A stretch of 60,919 bases of DNA from Bacteroidota bacterium. GTDB taxonomy: Bacteria > Bacteroidota > Bacteroidia > Bacteroidales > CG2-30-32-10. The notes under the pieces were generated by a model that saw nothing but the letters and a program-made list of their open reading frames with translations, made no database searches and was not told the DNA's origin. The translations under genes were made by a program, and so were the position numbers. Position 1 is the stretch's first letter; each line of letters begins with the position of its first letter. The stretch covers positions 1 through 60,919 of the forward strand of contig JACAAW010000006.1 of NCBI GenBank assembly GCA_013377115.1, given 5' to 3'. Below, piece by piece: positions 49,959 to 59,044 of this stretch.

Positions 49959-50036
49959 CCACGACCTTGACTTCGACAGGCTCAGCCACCGAAGGTCGTG
50001 GGTAATAATCGAAAAAAAAAAGGAGACTTTAGTCCC
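49959..50036. repeat. Composite palindromic REP-like element
   Basis: ccacgacctt 49959-49968 / aaggtcgtgg 49992-50001 enclosing cttcgacaggctcag; small palindrome gact-tt-agtc 50025-50034. Confidence 0.7.
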
Positions 50037-50053
50037 AAAACAAATTTATATTT

Positions 50054-52087
50054 ATGAAAAAAATCATAATCATTATTTCAATCTCATTATTGGTCAATCT
50101 TTCAAATGCAACAAACTATATTGTCACCAATACCAACGATGCTGGAACTGGTTCTTTACGCGAACAAATTACTTATGCAAACGCTTTTGTCGGAACGCAC
50201 ACTATTTCTTTTAATATTCCAACTTCTGACGGAAATTACAATGCAGTGCAAGGAGTCTGGACGATTCATTTATTGTCATCCCTGCCATACATCACCAAGG
50301 CGAATTTGAATATTGACGGCACGACACAAACAACCAATCAAGGCAATACCAATGTAAATGGACCAGAAATAGTTATTGATGGAAACAATGCTGTGGATTA
50401 TGGGTTTTTCATTTATAATGTTGCTGGAGTGACAATCAATAGTTTTGTTATTTCCAATTTCCTGTATGGAATTGAAATAACTGGAACCAATGCTCAAAAC
50501 AATGTAGTTAAAGGAAATTACGTTGGTGTAAATTACAATGCAAGTGATTCAGCAAGCAATTACATTGGCATCGAAATAATTGGAAATCCGCAACACAATA
50601 CCATTGGAGGAACCACAGCGGCTGACAGAAATATTGTTTCAGGGAATTCGCATATCGGCATTAGAGTAGTGAATTCGAACTACAATATCATTTCAGGAAA
50701 TTATGTTGGGACCAACAGAACAGCAACCGCTTCTTTAGGGAATTATGATGGCATCAGCATCGAGGGAACTGCAAAATTTAATATTATCGGCGGTTTAACA
50801 CTTGGCGAAAGAAATATTGTTTCTGGAAACGTGGCATACGGAATTCCGGTTTTTGGAGCTGGCTGTGATAAAAATAAGATTCTTGGAAACTATATCGGCA
50901 CTGATATTACTGGAAGCTATGCTATTCCGAATACTTATGGGATTTTATTCGACGATGGTGCAAAATACAATATCATTGGCGGAAGAGTGAATGGTGCAGG
51001 AAATTTGATTTCAGGAAATAGCGGTTATGGAATTTTCCTTTATAATAACATGACCAACAGCGATACTACAATTGGAAATATTATTGGCGCCAATGCAAAT
51101 GGAACCCTTGCAATTCCTAATGCCAATGGAATTGTAATAGATGGAATTCCAAAATACCAATATATTGACAGTAATTTAATTTCTGGAAATTTACAACATG
51201 GAATTGTTGTTCATGCAACCGGTACGGATTACAATACCATAATCAGAAATAAAATTGGAACAGCAATGAACGGAACAACTGCATTGGCAAATGGAATTGA
51301 TGGTATTAGAATCAGCGAAGGTCCGCAACACAATATTGTTGGTGGCGACCAAGGAAAAGGAAACATCATTTCATTTAATGGTGGAGTTGGCGTTTCGGTA
51401 ATGACTGCCAGCGATGACTATAATAAAATTTCAGCCAATTCGATTTTTGGAAATGGAGGATTGGGAATTGATCTTTATCCAATTGGGCCAAATGCAAATG
51501 ATGCCGGTGATGCTGATTCTGGGCCAAACCAAGAGATGAATTATCCGGTGATTACTTTCGCTGAATACAATCCATATTCGACAGGTACAACTGTAAATGG
51601 AAACATCAGCACCATTGCTGCAAATTTTGTGAAAATAGAGTTTTTTGTTTCAGATAACGATGTTTCTAATTATGGTGAAGGGAAAACTTATTTAGGATTT
51701 GCAACTCCTGATGTGGCTGGTAATTTTACTGCATCATTTTATGGCATTACGAGTGCCAATAAAATCACAGCAACGGCGACTGATTCATCTGGAAATACAT
51801 CCGAATTTTCAGCAAACTTTCAAGTTTCACTTTATGCCGGTATCAATTCTATGGATGATGATTCTAATATCCAACTTTTTCCAAACCCATCAAAAGAAAT
51901 CATTTCCATTACAGGAATAGAAAATTCTGAAATTAGAATTTCAAATGCTCAAGGAGAAATTTTGAAAATAATTCCCGCTGCGAAATCATCTGAAAGTATT
52001 GATGTGAAATTGCTTGCAAAAGGAATTTATTTCGTTCAAATTTCAAATTCAAAAGGTGTTTTTGTAAAAAAGTTGATGAAAGATTAA
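50054..52087 (+). CDS. Right-handed beta-helix repeat protein with T9SS type A CTD (paralog of 47126-49924)
   Basis: NTNDAGTGSLRE; five GN.IG repeats; NDAGDADSGPN..MNYPVI; GNTSEFS; CTD LFPNP..GIYFV. Confidence 0.85.
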   Translation: MKKIIIIISISLLVNLSNATNYIVTNTNDAGTGSLREQITYANAFVGTHTISFNIPTSDGNYNAVQGVWTIHLLSSLPYITKANLNIDGTTQTTNQGNTNVNGPEIVIDGNNAVDYGFFIYNVAGVTINSFVISNFLYGIEITGTNAQNNVVKGNYVGVNYNASDSASNYIGIEIIGNPQHNTIGGTTAADRNIVSGNSHIGIRVVNSNYNIISGNYVGTNRTATASLGNYDGISIEGTAKFNIIGGLTLGERNIVSGNVAYGIPVFGAGCDKNKILGNYIGTDITGSYAIPNTYGILFDDGAKYNIIGGRVNGAGNLISGNSGYGIFLYNNMTNSDTTIGNIIGANANGTLAIPNANGIVIDGIPKYQYIDSNLISGNLQHGIVVHATGTDYNTIIRNKIGTAMNGTTALANGIDGIRISEGPQHNIVGGDQGKGNIISFNGGVGVSVMTASDDYNKISANSIFGNGGLGIDLYPIGPNANDAGDADSGPNQEMNYPVITFAEYNPYSTGTTVNGNISTIAANFVKIEFFVSDNDVSNYGEGKTYLGFATPDVAGNFTASFYGITSANKITATATDSSGNTSEFSANFQVSLYAGINSMDDDSNIQLFPNPSKEIISITGIENSEIRISNAQGEILKIIPAAKSSESIDVKLLAKGIYFVQISNSKGVFVKKLMKD

Positions 52088-52105
52088 ATAGCAAGTTCTC
52101 AAAAA

Positions 52106-54928
52106 TTACTTCAAACCAATTTTAATTTTTTTACAATATTTATTTTTGCCCAAGCTATAATTATCAGAAGCAATAAGCTTTGAAATAGTTAATTTATTTT
52201 CAATTTCAGAAATAGTCCTTCCAAATTCGTCTTTAATTAGAGTTATTACTGAAACTTCATCCAGAGGGTCTGCAAAAAAAGGAGTATCAGACATTATCAT
52301 AATGACGTTTTTTTGTACTTCATTTGTTGAAGCTTCTTGTACCATGTTTTCTGCATGCTTTATTATTATTTCACATTTCTTGAACTTGTTTCGTTTATTT
52401 GCAGTAAAGGAAATACTATTAACTTTTACTTTTAAAATAGGAGGTATGTTAAATTCAATTTTTTGTGAATTCTCAGATAATGTGTAGTGATTTTTTTGAA
52501 TTTCTGCTTTGTAGTTTATTGTAAAAACTTGTTTTCCAGTTAACCTGTCTAATAAATAATAAGGAATGTTCCATGTTTGATGGTGTGCTGGAAAAGTTTT
52601 AAATCCAAAGGATTCCGTGGATAATTTATTTTCAGAATAGACAGGCATGATAATTTCATCAGTTTCATTTTTAAAGAAGGAAATTGATGACCATATTTCT
52701 TCTGGTTTGCAAAATTCAAATAAACCTTCGGAAGCAGGATTTTGAATGGATAAACTAATACAATTAATTCCGTTTATCATTTGATTCTCTTTTAGAGAAT
52801 AGGTTGGTAAAATGATATTTTTCAAATTTGCTTCTGAAGGTAATTTTAGTTCTTTAATACTCAGCAAAATATTTGGTGTGCCAAGTTCAACTTTTACAAA
52901 TAAACTACTGTCGGATTCATACTCAAACTGAGGAATAAAGAATGTTTCTTTTCCAGTTGATACATCAAGAGGGAAAGATTTAGTATATATTTGAGCCGGC
53001 TGTTTTGTTGTGTTCAAATAGGAGATGGGTATTGCCTGATTGGTTTTACTGAGAACACCGGGCATCAAAGATATACCATTTAAACTGGCTAAGTTTCCAA
53101 ATTGGAATTCAAAATCCATTATAATGCCTGGTAGTCCTTTATAATTTGAAGCAGTAGTTTTGGTTTTAAGTATTTTTAATTCTGGAAGTATTGATTTTTT
53201 AAAAATGATATTTCCTTGCTTAATATTACCGTTGGTTGCAGTATCAATTTGCAAAATTCCTGTTCCTCTTGGTGGCATAATTTTAAAAGTGCCAATAAAA
53301 TCGTTAAAAGAAAGGTAATCGAAATCATAAACATCAATGGAGAAATCGTCATCGTCTAATATTCTCATATTAATAACTCCATCTAACCCTAATCTACTAT
53401 TAAAAGCCACAGAGGAACTGTAAAGTGTTTCTTTTCCATCTTTCAGAAACCACTGTACATCTGGAGTCCCTTGGCCTTTTTTAGCTTTTTTGCTAACAAA
53501 GAGATTAACAATTGGGATGTTTTTAGCGGCAATATCGTAATCCCCCGGGCCAACTTCTATATTGCGCACATCGAAATGTGCAAGGTAAACCTCTGGCTGT
53601 TGAATTTTTATTTGTTTGGTCAATAATATTGGGAATCGAACAGTATTTGCCGAATCAGTGACATATAATTTCAGATTGACCTGTTGTTGCCCTTTAGGTA
53701 AAAGCAATTGCCGAAATGGAAAATAGAAGTTCAAATTGTAATTGTCGTTTGGTTTAAGAGGTGTAATTTTTATTCTAGGTGTGGCAATCGTGGAATTGTC
53801 TTTTTCAATAAAAATTTTATTTCCTAAAGAATCTGTTAATTCAGCAACGAAATAAAAGTTCTTAAATTCAGGTTTTGTAAGAGCTTCCTTTATTTGAACT
53901 GTGGTGTATTTCAACTTGCAGTTGGCATTAAAAACAAGACCATTTCTTATTTCCTTGTTGTTTTTGACGCTCTTTTTATGAACTTCCTTAAAATTTATAT
54001 CGTTAACGGTAAAGCTTTGAGAAATATAATTGACCATTATCGGCTTTTTAATTTCAATATTTTTAGAAAAGCAAGTTGGAAAAATTATAGATCCTGATGC
54101 GTTTTTTGCTCTAATTTCTATTGTTGCAGTAAATTTGCCATCACTAATTATTTGTGTGAACGGTATAAACTGCCGCACATTTTCCATCGGTTTGTCATCC
54201 ATCCAGATATTTATTTTAGGATATATCTTAGACGTGTTTTTATGCTCTGATCCATCATAAATTATTTGTCCTGAATTGTCTTTTATGACGTTATAGAAGA
54301 GATAGGCTGCATCATTTCCATCGCTTAAATCAATGTTTTCATAAGGAGTTTGGAAAAGACAATTGTATGAAATGCTGATTCCTTCAGCATTTTTGTAATT
54401 GTTAAACTCTTGATTAATTGAAAACGCTGAAATTGTGAAACTTTGTTGATTGTACTTTTTTATATTTGAAACGGGAATATTTAAACTGATATCGAATTTC
54501 CCAGCAGAAGCGGTATCAGCATCTTTGAAGGTCACTAACAATTCAAGTTTTGCATCAAATTTACCATTGATTTGAGATAGATTTCTGTAAGGAATGAATA
54601 TTTTACGTGCTTTTTCAATAGCTTCATTGTTAGTAAATTCATTGTTAAAGAATCCTTCTTCTTTTGAAACCTCTTTAGAAAATCGAAGTTCCTGATTGTT
54701 TTTGGTATGAATTATTGGATAAAAAGTAAATGATTGAAAGGAGCGAACTGTTTTTAATGCTTTAACGACAATATCAAAATTAATTTGAATTCCTTTATCA
54801 TTATCTTCGAAAATGTTTTCCTTTACAAAAACATTCATTGCTGTAAAAGCATAATCATGAGTTGATTGCCCTAATACTTGAATTGATAATAGAAGTAGAG
54901 CGATAATTGGATATATTTTTCTTTGCAT
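52106..54928 (-). CDS. Large exported multi-domain hypothetical protein with a C2-like motif
   Basis: Signal peptide MQRKIYPII (start 54928; -7 box 54949-54956); repeated F.P[YF]..L...G modules; VYDFDYLSFNDFIG. Confidence 0.7.
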   Translation of the reverse strand: MQRKIYPIIALLLLSIQVLGQSTHDYAFTAMNVFVKENIFEDNDKGIQINFDIVVKALKTVRSFQSFTFYPIIHTKNNQELRFSKEVSKEEGFFNNEFTNNEAIEKARKIFIPYRNLSQINGKFDAKLELLVTFKDADTASAGKFDISLNIPVSNIKKYNQQSFTISAFSINQEFNNYKNAEGISISYNCLFQTPYENIDLSDGNDAAYLFYNVIKDNSGQIIYDGSEHKNTSKIYPKINIWMDDKPMENVRQFIPFTQIISDGKFTATIEIRAKNASGSIIFPTCFSKNIEIKKPIMVNYISQSFTVNDINFKEVHKKSVKNNKEIRNGLVFNANCKLKYTTVQIKEALTKPEFKNFYFVAELTDSLGNKIFIEKDNSTIATPRIKITPLKPNDNYNLNFYFPFRQLLLPKGQQQVNLKLYVTDSANTVRFPILLTKQIKIQQPEVYLAHFDVRNIEVGPGDYDIAAKNIPIVNLFVSKKAKKGQGTPDVQWFLKDGKETLYSSSVAFNSRLGLDGVINMRILDDDDFSIDVYDFDYLSFNDFIGTFKIMPPRGTGILQIDTATNGNIKQGNIIFKKSILPELKILKTKTTASNYKGLPGIIMDFEFQFGNLASLNGISLMPGVLSKTNQAIPISYLNTTKQPAQIYTKSFPLDVSTGKETFFIPQFEYESDSSLFVKVELGTPNILLSIKELKLPSEANLKNIILPTYSLKENQMINGINCISLSIQNPASEGLFEFCKPEEIWSSISFFKNETDEIIMPVYSENKLSTESFGFKTFPAHHQTWNIPYYLLDRLTGKQVFTINYKAEIQKNHYTLSENSQKIEFNIPPILKVKVNSISFTANKRNKFKKCEIIIKHAENMVQEASTNEVQKNVIMIMSDTPFFADPLDEVSVITLIKDEFGRTISEIENKLTISKLIASDNYSLGKNKYCKKIKIGLK

Positions 54929-55118
54929 AACTGGCTTATTTAGAAACTCAAATATAATCAAATAACTTTAAATTATTGAATTCAAAAACCGTTAACTTGT
55001 TAAATACTACCTTTAACTTTATTCTTTCAGCCATTGTCTTTTAAATCATTGTATTTAGGTGTGAAATAATATATATTTACATGATTAATATATTTTCATT
55101 TTCTAAAAATCATTAATT

Positions 55119-56873
55119 ATGAAAAAAAAATATTTACTTACGGCATTATTTTTTGCTTTTTTCATTAATCTTAAATCTCAAACTCCAGTTAGAGATTCAT
55201 TGAATTTAAACAATATCAACGCGTCCATAAATTCAGATGGATTTTTGTTCACAAACACTTCAAATATGACACCAAGATTTGAAGTGCCCAAAGGTTCCGG
55301 AAAAAATACTTTTTTCGCAGCAAATTTGTGGATTGGTGCAAAGGATTTGAATGACAGTTTGCATTTAGCCGCAATGCGTTACGGACAAGTCGGAAAGGAT
55401 TTTTGGCCTGGACCAGTTTCAAATGTTTACGATTCTGCATATGACGCTCAGTGGAATAAAATATGGAAAATAAGCAAATCAGAAATTGATTATCATCTTT
55501 CTAATTGTTGGACTCCTGGATATATTCCCTCACAAAATCTTATTGATTGGCCAGGAAATGGGAATCCTTCACTTGGTCAAGCAAAACTGATGGCACCGTT
55601 TTTTGATTTTAATAATGACAGTATTTATGATCCATTCGCTGGAGATTATCCTATTATCAAAGGTGATCAAGCACTTTTCTTTATTTTTAATGATGACAGG
55701 AATCTCCATACAGAATCGGGTGGCTTAAAACTTGGGATAGAGCTTCATGGTATGGCCTATGAATTTGATTGCCCTCAAGATTCTGCTTTTTGGAATACAT
55801 TGTTTATTAATTACAAAATATTCAATCGGTCAACGAATTTGTATGAATCTGTTATTGTGGGTGTTTTTACAGATTTTGATATTGGATATCCTTCTGATGA
55901 TTATGTTGCTTGTGATGTAAAACGAAGTAGCTTTTATGGATATAATGGCAGACAAAAAGATGGTAATGGTGAGCCTGAAGCTTATGATTATTTCGCCCCA
56001 GCACAATCAGTTACATTTCTTGGTGGACCGAATATGGATTCAGATGGAATTGATAATGCAGTAGGCGGATGTGATGTGAGTATCAATGGTTCTAATTTTG
56101 GAAATGGAGATATTGATGATGAACGGTTTGGGTTGCGAAAATTTGTTTATTTTAATAATGGAGGCGATTTTGCCACTAGTGATCCAGAAATAGCATCACA
56201 TTACTTTGGATTCCTAAATGGAACATGGAAAGATGGAGCGCAAATGCAATGGGGAGGAAATGGCCATCCTTCTTCGGGTTCTTGTGGTCCTGATTGTAAT
56301 TTTATGTTTCCTGGTCAAATTGATTCTTGTTTTTGGAATACCGGTGGTCTTGCACCAAATTGTGATACTGTTTGGACAGAAGTGACAGCTAATAATCCTC
56401 CAGGAGATAGAAGAGGCTTAGGATCATCAGGTCCATTCTCACTTCAACCTGGAGCGAGCAATGAATTCGATTTGGCATTTGTTTTTGCAAGAAATTATTC
56501 CGACTCGAGCAATTTAGCAAGTGTTGTCGTAATGCAAGAACGCATTGACTCTATAAGCAAAGCATTTACAAATGATATAACACCTTGTGGGGGAAGTTTC
56601 TCAGCTGTTAATGAAATTAATCAAATACCACTTCAGGTAAATGTATTTCCAAATCCATCCACCGGAATATTTACAATTCAGCAAAACAATTCTAATTCGC
56701 AAAAATATTCATTATCAGTCTGGAATATCCAGGGTCAGTTAATGCTTTCAGAAAAAGTTGAATTTGAAAAAACAATCCAATTGGATATCAACAAATTTGC
56801 AAATGGCATTTACTTTTTATCATTGCAAAATGAAAAGGAACAGATTGTTAAAAAACTGGTTATACAACATTAA
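55119..56873 (+). CDS. T9SS type A cargo protein, uncharacterised family with DxNxD Ca-binding-like motifs
   Basis: Signal peptide; WPGNG, FFDFNNDSIYDP, TDFDIG..DDY, PGDRRG; CTD VFPNP..GIYFL. Confidence 0.82.
   Translation: MKKKYLLTALFFAFFINLKSQTPVRDSLNLNNINASINSDGFLFTNTSNMTPRFEVPKGSGKNTFFAANLWIGAKDLNDSLHLAAMRYGQVGKDFWPGPVSNVYDSAYDAQWNKIWKISKSEIDYHLSNCWTPGYIPSQNLIDWPGNGNPSLGQAKLMAPFFDFNNDSIYDPFAGDYPIIKGDQALFFIFNDDRNLHTESGGLKLGIELHGMAYEFDCPQDSAFWNTLFINYKIFNRSTNLYESVIVGVFTDFDIGYPSDDYVACDVKRSSFYGYNGRQKDGNGEPEAYDYFAPAQSVTFLGGPNMDSDGIDNAVGGCDVSINGSNFGNGDIDDERFGLRKFVYFNNGGDFATSDPEIASHYFGFLNGTWKDGAQMQWGGNGHPSSGSCGPDCNFMFPGQIDSCFWNTGGLAPNCDTVWTEVTANNPPGDRRGLGSSGPFSLQPGASNEFDLAFVFARNYSDSSNLASVVVMQERIDSISKAFTNDITPCGGSFSAVNEINQIPLQVNVFPNPSTGIFTIQQNNSNSQKYSLSVWNIQGQLMLSEKVEFEKTIQLDINKFANGIYFLSLQNEKEQIVKKLVIQH
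56629..56858 (+). repeat. 230-nt direct repeat, copy 1 (T9SS CTD coding)
   Basis: Aligns without gaps to 58745-58974; 20 mismatches by manual count. Confidence 0.85.
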
Positions 56874-56928
56874 TAATAATGCAATAAACAATTTATTGTA
56901 TTTGTTTTATTAACTTAATATAATAATT

Positions 56929-58986
56929 ATGAAAAAATTTTACATAATTTCCTGTTTCTTCCTAATTTTTACAACCATTTCTATTGCTCAGAATATTCCC
57001 CCAACTGCTGTAAATGACACAGCTGCAACTTTGAGAGGATACATAAAATTAAATGTTCGTAGTAATGATTTCGATGTAGAAGGGAACCCCTTTTATGTAT
57101 TTATCATTTATGGAACAGGACCAAAACATGGCATCGCGAAAAGATTAAATGATAGTATTATAGAGTATTCTGCAAACCCATCATTTACTGGTTTGGACTC
57201 ATTTTCTTATAAAATACGAGAATATAGTAGCCCTCAAATGTGGAGTATTGGCAAAGTGTGTTTGACTGTTGATAATTCATATACAATTGATTCTATTGAC
57301 ATTAACAATATTAATGCTGGTTTCATGGCCAATGGAAATTTGTTTTGGGAACGAAATCCCCTTTCTAATTATTCAAGCAATTGGATTAATCATTTTGAGG
57401 TTCCAAAAGGTAGCAAGAAATCTACAATATTTAATGGACAGTTATGGATTGGAGGAAAGGATAGTCAAGACTCATTGCACTTTGCAGGTCAAATGTACAA
57501 TCAGTTAGGATATGATTTTTGGGCTGGCCCTGTTTCAAATGTTTACGATTCGATATATGATGTAAATTGGAATCGAGTCTGGAAAATTAAAAAATCCGAA
57601 ATTGATTATCATCTTGCTCATTGTTGGTCGCCTGGATATATTCCTTCACAAGTTTTACTTGATTGGCCTGGAAACGGTGATGTGTCTCAAGGTCAACTTG
57701 CGATTACAGCACCATTTAAAGATTGGAACAGTGATGGAATTTATAATCCATGGGCAGGAGATTTTCCATTAATTAAAGGTGATGAAGCAGTTTATTTCAT
57801 TATAAATGATGATAGATACCTCCACACCGAAAGTCTTGGTAAAAAATTAAAAGTTGAAGTTCACGGTATGGCATATAGTTTTGATTGTAAAAGTGATTTA
57901 GCTTTGTGGAATACGGTTTTTTTAAATTATAAAATTTATAATCGGTCATTGGATATTTATGACAGCACTTTTATTGCAACATACATTGATTTTGACAATG
58001 GGAATCCAAATGATGACTATATTCGTTGTGATGTTCAAAGAGGCGCTTTTTATGCTTATAATGGACAAAATCTTGATGGTAACGGTGGATTAGGAACTTA
58101 TGGCGCAAATCCTCCTGCTCAAGCAGTAGTTTTTTTAGCTGGGGCTAAAATTGATAATGATGGGATAGATAATCCGGCTGGGTTATGTGACGATGGAGTT
58201 AATGGATTTAATTTTGGAAATGGAATTGTTGATGACGAAAGATATGGGTTAAGTAGATTTATGTATTTTACAGGAGTTAGTCCAACTGTGATAAGCGATC
58301 CTGATATTGCAACCGACTATTTTAATAATATGAATGGTAAATGGAAAGATTCGTCGCCAATCATGTGGGGAGGCAATGGAAATCCTCTGTTTGGTTCATG
58401 TGGTCCAAAAAGCAAATTTATGTTTCCTGGAAATAGCGACACTTGCCACTGGGGAACAAATGGTTTATTTCCAAATTGTGACAGTCTTTGGACAGAAGAA
58501 ACAGTGTTTAATTTACCTGCTGATAAACGAGGCCTTGGGAGCACTGGTTTTTTTACTTTTAATCCTGGCGATATCCAAGAATTGGATTTGGCATTTGTTT
58601 TTGGGAGAGATTTTTTAAATCCAAATGCTACTGCGGCAATTACCACATTGGAACAAAGTATTGATAATATAATTTATTATTTCAGAAATGATTCAACACC
58701 TTGTAGTGGAATTTTTACATCTATAGATAATCCAAATCAACCGTCACTTCAGATAAATGTATTTCCAAATCCATCCGCCGGAATCTTCACTATTCAGCAA
58801 AACAATTCTAATTCGCAAAAATATTCTTTGTCCGTGAGGAATATCCAGGGTCAGTTAATGCTTTCAGAAAAAGTTGAATTTGAAAAAACAATCCAATTGG
58901 ATATCAGCAAATTTGCAAAAGGCATTTACTTTTTGTCATTGCAAAGTGAGAAAGAGCAAATTGTGAAAAAGCTGATTAAAAACTAA
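56929..58986 (+). CDS. T9SS type A cargo protein, paralog of 55119-56873 with an extra N-terminal Ig/cadherin-like (Big_9-like) domain
   Basis: PTAVNDT..NDFD.EG..PKHG..FTGLDSFSY; same core motifs (WPGNG, DWNSDGIYNP, DFDNG..DDY); CTD. Confidence 0.82.
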   Translation: MKKFYIISCFFLIFTTISIAQNIPPTAVNDTAATLRGYIKLNVRSNDFDVEGNPFYVFIIYGTGPKHGIAKRLNDSIIEYSANPSFTGLDSFSYKIREYSSPQMWSIGKVCLTVDNSYTIDSIDINNINAGFMANGNLFWERNPLSNYSSNWINHFEVPKGSKKSTIFNGQLWIGGKDSQDSLHFAGQMYNQLGYDFWAGPVSNVYDSIYDVNWNRVWKIKKSEIDYHLAHCWSPGYIPSQVLLDWPGNGDVSQGQLAITAPFKDWNSDGIYNPWAGDFPLIKGDEAVYFIINDDRYLHTESLGKKLKVEVHGMAYSFDCKSDLALWNTVFLNYKIYNRSLDIYDSTFIATYIDFDNGNPNDDYIRCDVQRGAFYAYNGQNLDGNGGLGTYGANPPAQAVVFLAGAKIDNDGIDNPAGLCDDGVNGFNFGNGIVDDERYGLSRFMYFTGVSPTVISDPDIATDYFNNMNGKWKDSSPIMWGGNGNPLFGSCGPKSKFMFPGNSDTCHWGTNGLFPNCDSLWTEETVFNLPADKRGLGSTGFFTFNPGDIQELDLAFVFGRDFLNPNATAAITTLEQSIDNIIYYFRNDSTPCSGIFTSIDNPNQPSLQINVFPNPSAGIFTIQQNNSNSQKYSLSVRNIQGQLMLSEKVEFEKTIQLDISKFAKGIYFLSLQSEKEQIVKKLIKN
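58745..58974 (+). repeat. 230-nt direct repeat, copy 2 (T9SS CTD coding)
   Basis: Matches 56629-56858. Confidence 0.85.
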
Positions 58987-59044
58987 GTTTCAGCAAACAA
59001 ACAATTATTTTTCTTAATTTTGTATAATACACTTAATTATACAA

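Noticed and set aside
56629-58974. Diversity-generating retroelement TR/VR pair
   Set aside because: Only 12 of 20 mismatches are at A in copy 1, both copies are coding CTDs, and there is no reverse transcriptase in the window.
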